Part shown: piece after piece, positions 23,815 to 31,307 of the stretch
Layout: the number at the start of each line of letters is the position of its first letter
How positions within the stretch are numbered: position 1 is the first letter of the stretch
Assembly (NCBI GenBank): GCA_964570045.1
Contig: CAZMWZ010000010.1
Location: 1 to 31,307 of the forward strand
Origin: an uncultured Spirochaetaceae bacterium
GTDB taxonomy: Bacteria; Spirochaetota; Spirochaetia; SZUA-6; DRHE01
Direction of reading: 5' to 3'
DNA length: 31,307 nt
Program-made: the position numbers and the translations under genes
Notes under the pieces: generated by a model
What the model was told of the DNA's origin: nothing
The model's input: only the letters and a program-made list of their open reading frames with translations
The model's database searches: none

Positions 23815-24854
23815 GGGTAGCGCAGCACCAGGCTTTCCAGCTCCGCGCCGCATGGGGCGCCTCCCGCCAGCACGCGGTGGAGCGTAGAAAAAACCGGCAG
23901 CCTTTCCTCCCAGCCCGGGTAGCGGGATTTCAGATACTGCGACCCCAGCCGGACGGCCGGATAGCCCTCCGCGATCTCCCCGCCTGCGCACATCCGCTCG
24001 TAGGCGGTAGCGGGGTCTTCGCCCCGCCCGACCCGCACCCGGTAGCGACGGTTGCGCCCGGACTGGGCGGTCACGTACAGGTCCCCCGCCCCCGGCAGGT
24101 CGAAGGCGGTGCGCGCCTGTCCCCCCGCGGCCTCAACGATCCGGGCCATCTCCTCCAGGGCCTTGGCCAGCAGGAAGGCCTTGAGGTTGTCGTACAGCCG
24201 TCCCTCCGCGTTCCCGAACAACCCGTCGCAGATCCCGAGCAGAATGGCGTAGGCGTTCTTCAGGGTCGCGCACAGCTCCAGCCCGACCAGGTCCGAGCCG
24301 GCGTGCACCCGATAGAAGGGAGTGCGGAAGGAGGGCAGGAAGCTCTCCAGGCTGCGGTCCGCCAGGGCGTAGACGCTGGCCGTCGGCACGCCCTGGGCCA
24401 GCTCGACCGCCTTCACGGGGCCGCCGATCGAGGCCCAGCGCAGCGGCCGCCCAGGAAAGCGCTCGGAGTGCATCGCCTCGGCGCACTCGCCGGCCCGCAG
24501 CGCGGCGCCGCGCCACGGGATGAAGCCCTTGGTCAGGGAGAAGATCGGCAGGTCCGGGCGGAAGGCGGGGCAGGGCAGGAGGCGCTCCAGGACCGGCACG
24601 AAGCCTTCGGAGCTGATGCCGAAGAACAGGGCATCGGCCCCGGCCAGGGCTGGCTCCAGCTCGTCGGCCCCGAACAGACGAACGGCGGGAGGAAGGCTCA
24701 GGTGCAGCCGGGGGTGCGGCCCCCGCCGGCAGGCCTCCAGGAGCGGGTCGTCGAGCCAGGTGCCCCAGAGGCGCACCTCGTGGCCGACTGCAGCCAGGGG
24801 GAAGGTGACCGCGGCGCCCATAAATCCTGCGCCCAGCACGGTGATGACGGACAT
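23811..24854 (-). CDS. gpsA: NAD(P)H-dependent glycerol-3-phosphate dehydrogenase family (divergent GpsA)
   Basis: GAGFMG, TKG, GGP, ELCATLKNAYAI, GDLYVTAQSGRNRR, AEGY. Confidence 0.75.
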   Translation of the reverse strand: MSVITVLGAGFMGAAVTFPLAAVGHEVRLWGTWLDDPLLEACRRGPHPRLHLSLPPAVRLFGADELEPALAGADALFFGISSEGFVPVLERLLPCPAFRPDLPIFSLTKGFIPWRGAALRAGECAEAMHSERFPGRPLRWASIGGPVKAVELAQGVPTASVYALADRSLESFLPSFRTPFYRVHAGSDLVGLELCATLKNAYAILLGICDGLFGNAEGRLYDNLKAFLLAKALEEMARIVEAAGGQARTAFDLPGAGDLYVTAQSGRNRRYRVRVGRGEDPATAYERMCAGGEIAEGYPAVRLGSQYLKSRYPGWEERLPVFSTLHRVLAGGAPCGAELESLVLRYP

Positions 24855-24870
24855 GGGTCCTTGATCCCGC

Positions 24871-26046
24871 TCAGGAAACAGGCCGGAAGCTGCTGGCCAG
24901 GATATCCCGCAGCCGGCCTAGGAACCGGGCGGCCTCGTCGCCGCTCACCGCGCGATGATCGCAGGCCAGGGTCAGGGTCATCTGCCGCCGCACGCCCAGC
25001 AGGCCGCCGACGGCCGCCGGTCGCGCCTGGGCCGCGCCGACGCCTAGAATCGCCGCCTCGGGCGGGTTGATGATCGGCAGGAAGCTCTGGGTGCCGAACA
25101 TGCCCAGGGAGGTGATCGTGAAGCTGCCCCTGGCGCTCGGGTCCAGGCGTCCCCTGCGGGCTTGCTCGGCCTTGGCCTTGATTTCCGCCGAAAGGGCCCG
25201 GATGTCCTTGGTGTCCGCCTCCGGGATCACCGGGACCATGAGGCCGTCCTCCGTGGCGGTGGCCACACCGATGTTGATCGCGCCTTTGACTGTAAGGCCC
25301 CGGTCGTCCACGTGGGCGTTCAGGCGCGGGAACTCGGCCAGTGCCAGCGCTGCGGCCTGCACCACCATGTCGGTGATCGTCACCTGGCAGCCGTTGCGGC
25401 GGTTGTACAGCTCCCGCCGCTCGAGCGCCTCCTCCATGTCCACGTCCTGGAAAAGATAGAAATGGGGGATCGTGGATTTGCTCAAGCTGAGCCGCTGCGC
25501 GATGAGCTGGCGCATCCGGGAGTGCGGGATGACGGTGTCCCCGCGCCTTCCCGCCGGCTGCTGCACGGCGGCCAGCACGTCCTTTTTCACGACGCGGCCC
25601 CCCGGGCCGCTGCCGGCGATGCGCCCGACATCCACACCAAGATCCCGGGCGATCCGGCGGGCGGAAGGCGAGGAGAAGCGCTTGGCCCCGCGCACCTGGC
25701 CGGCCGCGGGGGCGGAGATAAAGGTTCCGGGAGTGGCGGGGACCGCGGCAGGGGCGGAGGTCTCGGCGGAGACGGCCGGGCCGCGCACCGGCGCCGAGCC
25801 CGAATTCTCGCCGGGCTCGCCGATGAAGCCCACCGGCTCCAGGACCTTGCCTTCCTGGCCCTGCGCCACGACGATCTCGAGCAGCACGCCGCCAGCCTCC
25901 GCTTCGATGTCGAAGGTGGCCTTGTCGCCTTCCACCGAGGCGAGCACCTCGCCTTTTTTCACGCTTTCCCCGACTTGCTTGTTCCAGCGGGTGATGACCC
26001 CGGTTTCGACGTCCTGGCCGATCTGCGGCATGATCACGGGTATCAT
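24871..26046 (-). CDS. 2-oxo-acid/acetoin dehydrogenase E2 (dihydrolipoamide acyltransferase), one lipoyl domain
   Basis: Lipoyl EGDKA, E3-binding SPSARRIA...GSGPGGRV, IPHFY, PIINPPEAAILG, DHRAVSG. Confidence 0.92.
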   Translation of the reverse strand: MIPVIMPQIGQDVETGVITRWNKQVGESVKKGEVLASVEGDKATFDIEAEAGGVLLEIVVAQGQEGKVLEPVGFIGEPGENSGSAPVRGPAVSAETSAPAAVPATPGTFISAPAAGQVRGAKRFSSPSARRIARDLGVDVGRIAGSGPGGRVVKKDVLAAVQQPAGRRGDTVIPHSRMRQLIAQRLSLSKSTIPHFYLFQDVDMEEALERRELYNRRNGCQVTITDMVVQAAALALAEFPRLNAHVDDRGLTVKGAINIGVATATEDGLMVPVIPEADTKDIRALSAEIKAKAEQARRGRLDPSARGSFTITSLGMFGTQSFLPIINPPEAAILGVGAAQARPAAVGGLLGVRRQMTLTLACDHRAVSGDEAARFLGRLRDILASSFRPVS

Positions 26047-26056
26047 GGCTTCTGCC

Positions 26057-27052
26057 TTAGAGCAGCTGCCTGACCGCAGCGACGATGTCCTGTTCCTGCG
26101 GCACGCAATGCTTTTCCAGGTTGAGGTTGAAAGGGATCGGGCTGTTCAGGCCGGCGAGGATACGCACGGGGGCGTCCAGGAAATCGAAGGCTTCCTCCAT
26201 GATGATCGAGGCGATGTCCGAGGCCACCCCGCCGCGGCGCACGGCTTCCTGCACGATGAGCACATGTTCGGTTTTACGCACCGACTCCAGGATCAACTCC
26301 CGGTCCAGGGGCACCAGCGAGCGGGGGTCGACGACCTCCACCTCAATGCCCTCTTTGGCCAACTGGTCGGCTGCCGCCAGCGCGCGCGGGACCATGTTCG
26401 ACCAGGCGATCACCGTGGCGTGCCGGCCCGCGCGCTTGATGTCGCCTTTGCCCAGCGGGACCAGGTACTCCCCCTCAGGCACCTCGCCCTTGGTCAGGTA
26501 CAGCAGCTTGTGCTCGAGAAAAATCACCGGGTCGTCGTCGCGGATGGCGCTCTTCAACAACCCCTTGGCGTCGTAGGGGGTGGAGGGCATGACCAGTTTC
26601 AGACCCGGGGTGTGGTAGAACAAGGCCTCCAGGCTCTGGGAGTGCTGCGCGGCCAGCCCGTTGCCGCAGCCGCCCTGGGTGCGCAGTACCAGGGGCACCT
26701 TGCCGCGGCCGCCGGTCATGAAGTTGTACTTGGCCGCCTGGTTGATGATCTGGTCCAGGATCAGCATGGTGAAGTCCACGAACAGGATTTCCACCACCGG
26801 GCGCATGCCGGTGATGGCCGCCCCGACGCCCGCGCCGGTGAAGCTGGCTTCGGCGATCGGGGTGTCCAGGATGCGCTTGGGCCCGAACTCCTGTAGAATG
26901 CCCTGGGTGACCTTGTACGATCCGCCGCGCTCCGCGATGTTGCAGCCGAGGGTGAAGACGGTCGGGTCGCGACGCATTTCCTCCACGAGCGCTTCGTGCA
27001 AAGCGTCCCGGTACATGATGGTCCGCAGCTGGGTGTCCGTGGCAGTGCTCAT
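26057..27052 (-). CDS. 2-oxo-acid/acetoin dehydrogenase E1 beta subunit
   Basis: RILDTPIAEA, MRPVVEI, AQHSQSLE, AKGLLKSAIRDDDPVIFLEHK, DFLDAPV. Start 27052 (MSTATDT). Confidence 0.93.
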   Translation of the reverse strand: MSTATDTQLRTIMYRDALHEALVEEMRRDPTVFTLGCNIAERGGSYKVTQGILQEFGPKRILDTPIAEASFTGAGVGAAITGMRPVVEILFVDFTMLILDQIINQAAKYNFMTGGRGKVPLVLRTQGGCGNGLAAQHSQSLEALFYHTPGLKLVMPSTPYDAKGLLKSAIRDDDPVIFLEHKLLYLTKGEVPEGEYLVPLGKGDIKRAGRHATVIAWSNMVPRALAAADQLAKEGIEVEVVDPRSLVPLDRELILESVRKTEHVLIVQEAVRRGGVASDIASIIMEEAFDFLDAPVRILAGLNSPIPFNLNLEKHCVPQEQDIVAAVRQLL

Positions 27053-27063
27053 GTCTATCCCTC

Positions 27064-28026
27064 TCAGTTGTACTTCTGCGCGACTTCGGCCAGGAACTCC
27101 TGCAGGTCCGGCTCGGGGCTGGACTGGGCGAAGGCCACCGCCTTCTCCATCTCGAGCAGTACCTCCTGCTCGATGGCCTTGACCTCCTCCTCCGCGGCCT
27201 TTTCCCGCAGGTATTTTCGGGCGATGTCCAGCGGATCGTGCTGCCTTTTGAAGTAATCCAGTTTCTCCTTGGGCATGTAGTCGCCGGGGTCGTTCACGTG
27301 ATGCCCCTGGTGGCGGTAAGTCCTGCACTCGATGAGCACCGGTCCCTTGCCGGCGCTGCACTGCTTGACCGCTTTTTCGGCTTCCTGGTAGACGGCCATC
27401 ACGTCATTGCCGTCTACCAGGGAAGCGGTCACGCAATAGGCGGCAGCCCGCTTGTAAAGATCGCAGTCGCGGCTGGTCCTCTCGATTGGGGTGGAGGCCG
27501 CGAACTGGTTGTTCTCGATCACGAAGATCACCGGCAGGTTCCAGATGGCCGCCAGGTTGAGGTTCTCGCCGAAAACGCCGTTGTTGCTCGCCCCGTCGGA
27601 AAAAAAGATCGCAGTGACCCGGTCCTCGCCGCGGATGCTGGCCCCGAGGGCCGAGCCCACGCCCATGGCCATGCCGCCGCCGACGATGCCGTTGGCGCCC
27701 AGGTTGCCGGTCTGCACATCGGCGATATGCATGGAGCCGCCCATGCCCCGGCAGTAGCCGGTCGACTTGGCCAGCATTTCGGCGACCATCTTGTCAAGCG
27801 AGGCCCCGCGTGCGATGCAGTGACCATGCCCGCGGTGGGTGCTGACGATGTAGTCCTGCTTCCGCAGCGCCTCGCACACTCCCACCGCAATCGCTTCTTC
27901 GCCCAAGTAGGGATGGAAGTACCCGCGTATGGCTCCGCTGCGGTAGAGCTTGATGCATTGAGTTTCGAATGTGCGGATTGTATAGATTAGGCGATACATT
28001 CTGGTGAGCAACTCTTTGGATACCAT
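27064..28026 (-). CDS. 2-oxo-acid/acetoin dehydrogenase E1 alpha subunit
   Basis: GYFHPYLGEEA, STHRGHGH, GMGGSMH, SDGA...ENLNLA (ThDP motif), ENNQFA, TYRHQGH. Start 28026 (MVSKELL). Confidence 0.93.
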   Translation of the reverse strand: MVSKELLTRMYRLIYTIRTFETQCIKLYRSGAIRGYFHPYLGEEAIAVGVCEALRKQDYIVSTHRGHGHCIARGASLDKMVAEMLAKSTGYCRGMGGSMHIADVQTGNLGANGIVGGGMAMGVGSALGASIRGEDRVTAIFFSDGASNNGVFGENLNLAAIWNLPVIFVIENNQFAASTPIERTSRDCDLYKRAAAYCVTASLVDGNDVMAVYQEAEKAVKQCSAGKGPVLIECRTYRHQGHHVNDPGDYMPKEKLDYFKRQHDPLDIARKYLREKAAEEEVKAIEQEVLLEMEKAVAFAQSSPEPDLQEFLAEVAQKYN

Positions 28027-28055
28027 CTGCGCGCTCTCCCTCCGAGACGTGCTAA

Positions 28056-28096
28056 CTTGACGCACTAAGATAAGACAAACAGTTTCTGACTGTCAA
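28056..28096 (-). promoter_or_regulatory. promoter TTGACA-N18-TATCTT with overlapping operator CTTGACGCACTAAG (28056-28069)
   Basis: Perfect -35. ACGCACTAAGATA and ACTGTCAAT are shared verbatim with the gntR upstream region. Confidence 0.75.
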
Positions 28097-28166
28097 TAGG
28101 CGATTTTGGCGATGCCTCCGAGAGCCAGGGTGCAGCAAGCCGCGGGGACGGCGCATGAGTATCGTA

Positions 28167-28895
28167 TTACCCGTAAGGCCTGGCGCGGACGGCGAAGCTG
28201 TATCTGTCGCCGCGATAGATCGATTTTTCCATCTCGAGAATGATTTCCCTGCCGCAGAAGGTAACCCCGTCCACCAGGATGCCGGGGATGGACTGCTGCA
28301 GGTTGAAAAACTCACCTACCCCTGAGTCGATCATGAATGTCGAAAGCATCTGGTGGACTTCCTTCAGCGCCAGTCCGTACTTCTGGTTGTAGATCTCGTA
28401 GAGGGATCCGGAGAGTTCCTCGTCGATGATTCCCGGGCAGAGCTCCATGGAGATATAGCGTACCTCGAGCATCATCGGGATCTCGTCGGCGAATCGCAAG
28501 CGGTGGACCTTGTAAACAGGCCCCTTCATCGTGTATTTGCGGCCATTAATCGAGGCCGCATACCCCTCCTCGAGAATCCCTTTAAACAACAGTTGTGTCG
28601 AAGGAGAGTAGCCGAGCTCCAGCATGTTGTCGGTAAAGCTGAGGATGCGATCCACCGAGCGAACGACGCTCTGTTTCCGGACGTAGGTACCTTTCCCCTT
28701 GATTTTCGTGGCCCAGCCGCCGTTGTCGATCTCCTGCAATGCCTTGCGGGCCGTGGTATTGCTCACCTTGTACTGTTGAATGATTTCATTCTCTGAAGGC
28801 ACCTGCATGCCCGGCAGGAGCTCCCCCTCCCTGATTTTCTCGATGATGTCCCGCGCGATCGTGTAATATTTGGGAAAGCGAGTGCCTTCGGTCAT
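28167..28895 (-). CDS. GntR family transcriptional regulator (HutC/UTRA subfamily)
   Basis: wHTH PKYYTI...PSENE...VSNTTARKAL...KGKGTYV; UTRA domain with RLRFADEIPMMLE, SLYEI, YRGDRY. Confidence 0.94.
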   Translation of the reverse strand: MTEGTRFPKYYTIARDIIEKIREGELLPGMQVPSENEIIQQYKVSNTTARKALQEIDNGGWATKIKGKGTYVRKQSVVRSVDRILSFTDNMLELGYSPSTQLLFKGILEEGYAASINGRKYTMKGPVYKVHRLRFADEIPMMLEVRYISMELCPGIIDEELSGSLYEIYNQKYGLALKEVHQMLSTFMIDSGVGEFFNLQQSIPGILVDGVTFCGREIILEMEKSIYRGDRYSFAVRARPYG

Positions 28896-28910
28896 GTCTG
28901 CTGCGCTGTT

Positions 28911-28950
28911 CTTTACGCACTAAGATACAGAGTTTGTTTTTAACTGTCAA
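28911..28950 (-). promoter_or_regulatory. gntR promoter TTGACA-N17-TATCTT with overlapping operator CTTTACGCACTAAG (28911-28924)
   Basis: Same architecture as 28056-28096; suggests autoregulation. Confidence 0.75.
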
Positions 28951-28976
28951 TGCTGCCGCAGCAGCCTGCCGTCCCC

Positions 28977-30956
28977 CTACAGCAGCTTCCGCATCCGTTC
29001 GGCGACCGCCGACGCGGTGATCCCGAAGTGTTCGGCCAGCTTGGCGTATGGCCCGGACTCGCCGAAGCGCTCGATCGAGACCGCCTCCACCCCCTCCTCG
29101 AACAGCCCGATCCAGCCCTGGTGCACGCCGGCCTCGAAGGCCAGCTTGCGCGCGGCGGGCGGAGCCAGCTTTCGGCGCCACTCCGCGGGCTGCCGCGCGA
29201 ACTCCTCGCGGCAGAGCACCGACAGGACGCGGATGCGGCGGTCCTTGAGCTGTTCGGCGGCGGCCACGGCCACGTGTACCTCGCTGCCCGATGCCGCCAC
29301 CACCAGTTCCGGTTCCCCGGCACAGTCCCGGGCCACATAGGCGCCCCGGCGCACGGTGCTCCGCCAGGCGCCGTCGGCCTTGGCGAGAACCGGCAGGTTC
29401 TGGCGCGTGAGGATCAGCGCGGTCGGACCCTCCAGCCGCTCGTAGGCCATCCGCCAGGCCTCAGCGGTCTCCTCGGCGTCGGCGGGGCGCAGCACCAGGA
29501 GATTGGGGATGCAGCGCAGCGCCGCCAGGTGCTCGACAGGCTCGTGCGTCGGGCCGTCCTCGCCGACGAAGATCGAGTCGTGGGTGAACACGTAGATTGC
29601 GGGCAGCTTGGCGATCGCCGCCACGCGGATGGCGGGGCGCATGTAGTCCGAGAACACCAGGAAGGTGCCGCAGTAGGGGCGCAGCCCGCCGTGGTAGAGG
29701 ATGCCATTGCAGATCGCCCCCATGCCGTGCTCGCGGATGCCGAAGTGGAGGTTGCGGCCCAGGCGGTTGGCGCGGTTGAAGTCGCCGGCCTCCTTGACGT
29801 AGGTGTTGTTGGAAGGCGCCAGGTCCGCGCTGCCGCCGATGAGGTTGCCCACCGCATTGGACAGGGCGGCCAGGGCCTTGCCGGAAGCCACGCGCGTGGC
29901 CAGGGATTCCCCTGTTTTGTACTCCGGCATCGCCGCGCCGCTCAGGGCCACCTTTGGGGCCTGCCAGCGGTCCCACTCGCGTGCGAGCTCCGGGTTGGCC
30001 GCCTTCCAAGCGGTCAGTTCCGCCTCCCAGGCTCGGTGCGCGGCGGCCCATGCCTTCTGTTTGGCCGCGAAGTACTCGCGCACGCCGGGGAAGATGTGGA
30101 ACATGGCTTCCTCGGGGATGCCGAGGGCCTGTTTTACGCGCTTGCACTCCTCCGCCCCCAGAGGCGTGCCGTGCACCGCATGTTTGCCCTCCATGGTCGG
30201 CGCCCCCTTGCCGATCACCGACTCCAGGCGGATCACGGTGGGCCGCTCGGCGTTCTGCTTGGCTTGCGCCACCATGGCGGCGATCGCGGGCAGGTCGTAG
30301 GCGCTGGCCTGCATGGCGCGCCAGCCGTAGCTTTCGAAACGCTTCAGCACGTCCTCGCTGAAGGCCAGTTCGGTGCTGCCCTCGATCGTGATGCGGTTCG
30401 AATCGTAGAAGACGATGAGCTTGCCCAGGCCCAGGTGGCCGGCCAGGCTGGCCGCCTCGCTGGCCACCCCCTCCATCATGTCCCCGTCGCTGGCGATGAC
30501 GTAGGTATAATGGTCGACGATCTTATGCCTGCCCGCGTTGAACTTGGCGGCCAGCATGGTTTCGGCGATGGCCATGCCCACGGCGTTGGCCAGACCCTGC
30601 CCCAGAGGCCCGCCGGTCACCTCCACCCCGGGGGTCACCCCGAACTCGGGATGGCCGGGGGTCTTGGAGCCCAGCTGCCGAAACTGCTTGATATCCTCCA
30701 GGCTCAGAGCATAACCGCTCAGGTGCAACAGGGAGTACAGCAGCATCGAACCGTGGCCGGCCGACAGAACCAGGCGGTCGCGGTTCGGCCATTTCGGCTC
30801 CGCCGGGTGATGCTTCAGGATCTCGCCGTACAGCAGGGCGCCCAGCTCAGCCAGGCCCATGGGCAAACCCGGGTGACCGGATTTCGCCTTCTCCACCGCG
30901 TCCATAGACAGGGTGCGCACCGAGTTGGCCACGGCCTGTAAAGCCTGCAATTCCAT
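28977..30956 (-). CDS. tkt: transketolase
   Basis: [76 protein letters not shown] before ATG 30956. Confidence 0.96.
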   Translation of the reverse strand: MELQALQAVANSVRTLSMDAVEKAKSGHPGLPMGLAELGALLYGEILKHHPAEPKWPNRDRLVLSAGHGSMLLYSLLHLSGYALSLEDIKQFRQLGSKTPGHPEFGVTPGVEVTGGPLGQGLANAVGMAIAETMLAAKFNAGRHKIVDHYTYVIASDGDMMEGVASEAASLAGHLGLGKLIVFYDSNRITIEGSTELAFSEDVLKRFESYGWRAMQASAYDLPAIAAMVAQAKQNAERPTVIRLESVIGKGAPTMEGKHAVHGTPLGAEECKRVKQALGIPEEAMFHIFPGVREYFAAKQKAWAAAHRAWEAELTAWKAANPELAREWDRWQAPKVALSGAAMPEYKTGESLATRVASGKALAALSNAVGNLIGGSADLAPSNNTYVKEAGDFNRANRLGRNLHFGIREHGMGAICNGILYHGGLRPYCGTFLVFSDYMRPAIRVAAIAKLPAIYVFTHDSIFVGEDGPTHEPVEHLAALRCIPNLLVLRPADAEETAEAWRMAYERLEGPTALILTRQNLPVLAKADGAWRSTVRRGAYVARDCAGEPELVVAASGSEVHVAVAAAEQLKDRRIRVLSVLCREEFARQPAEWRRKLAPPAARKLAFEAGVHQGWIGLFEEGVEAVSIERFGESGPYAKLAEHFGITASAVAERMRKLL

Positions 30957-30999
30957 GGTTTCCTCCGTTTTTTCTATTCTATCAGTATTGTCAGTATTA

Positions 31000-31013
31000 C
31001 TTAGTGCACTAGG
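31000..31013. promoter_or_regulatory. candidate GntR operator upstream of tkt (CTTAGTGCACTAGG)
   Basis: 13/14 match to the palindrome CTTAGTGCACTAAG, 44 nt upstream of the tkt ATG. Confidence 0.65.
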
Positions 31014-31276
31014 TATTGTTAAGTCGCCATTCTGCAAGGAGTATAGCCTTTCCGGGTATTTAGGGGAAGGCCGAGGAAGGGGCTCCGCGGCTGGGCCGGC
31101 CTGAATATTTTATTCTTTATGAGGTATTAGTTTAGATTGTACTGCTGCAATTTTATCCACAACAAGGACGTCCTTGCAGGTGCTCGTAAAGGGTGCCTCC
31201 AATTTCACCCGCAGCCTCGACCGGGCAACCGGGCGGAAACCGATTCATCCGATATAGGATAGGGACATGGATCTGA

Positions 31277-31293
31277 TATGATAGTGCGTTAAC
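31277..31293 (+). promoter_or_regulatory. candidate -10 (TATGAT) plus fourth operator copy for a divergent gene beyond the window
   Basis: TATGAT-AGTGCGT mirrors TATCTT-AGTGCGT of the two GntR-block promoters; 9/14 match to the palindrome; no good -35 seen. Confidence 0.45.
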
Positions 31294-31307
31294 CAATCCC
31301 CCGAAAA

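Noticed and set aside
30982-30999. Tandem TCAGTATT x2 upstream of tkt
   Set aside because: Only two short copies in an AT-rich leader; not a CRISPR or iteron array, and function unsupported.
1-31307. tRNA (including selC), rRNA, CRISPR, IS/integrase
   Set aside because: No cloverleaf, repeat-spacer array, transposase or integrase motif seen by eye; tRNAscan-SE/Infernal would be needed to exclude small RNAs.

Overview
High-GC bacterial chromosomal segment with about 31 genes, mostly metabolic, lipid and signalling functions. A spirochaete origin is my impression, not something shown. I saw no rRNA, tRNA, CRISPR array or mobile element. Gene order: remnant of a sugar ABC permease, aldo/keto reductase, ureidoglycolate-lyase-like cupin, nagA-GT4, steroid 5-alpha-reductase homolog, DAG-kinase family, HAD-IB, class III nucleotide cyclase-like protein, HAD-IA, RidA, Moco oxidoreductase lipoprotein, CoA-transferase, 3-hydroxyacyl-CoA dehydrogenase, DUF3786, stand-alone MshEN protein, CysRS paralog, DHOD-like, small hypothetical, acyl-CoA ligase, response regulator, plsY, HesB-like selenoprotein (absent from the ORF track), PAP2-like protein, FlhG/MinD-like ATPase, hybrid histidine kinase, then a minus-strand tkt-gntR-E1a-E1b-E2-gpsA block. 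The most notable items are: (1) a CysRS paralog with a rewired zinc/cysteine pocket and no anticodon-binding domain; (2) a UGA-recoded HesB-like selenoprotein with a SECIS-like hairpin; (3) a cyclase with non-canonical base-specificity residues; (4) a translationally coupled FlhG-like ATPase/PAP2-like pair; (5) a 14-bp palindromic operator present four times around the GntR block; (6) repeated leaderless sigma70-type promoters.
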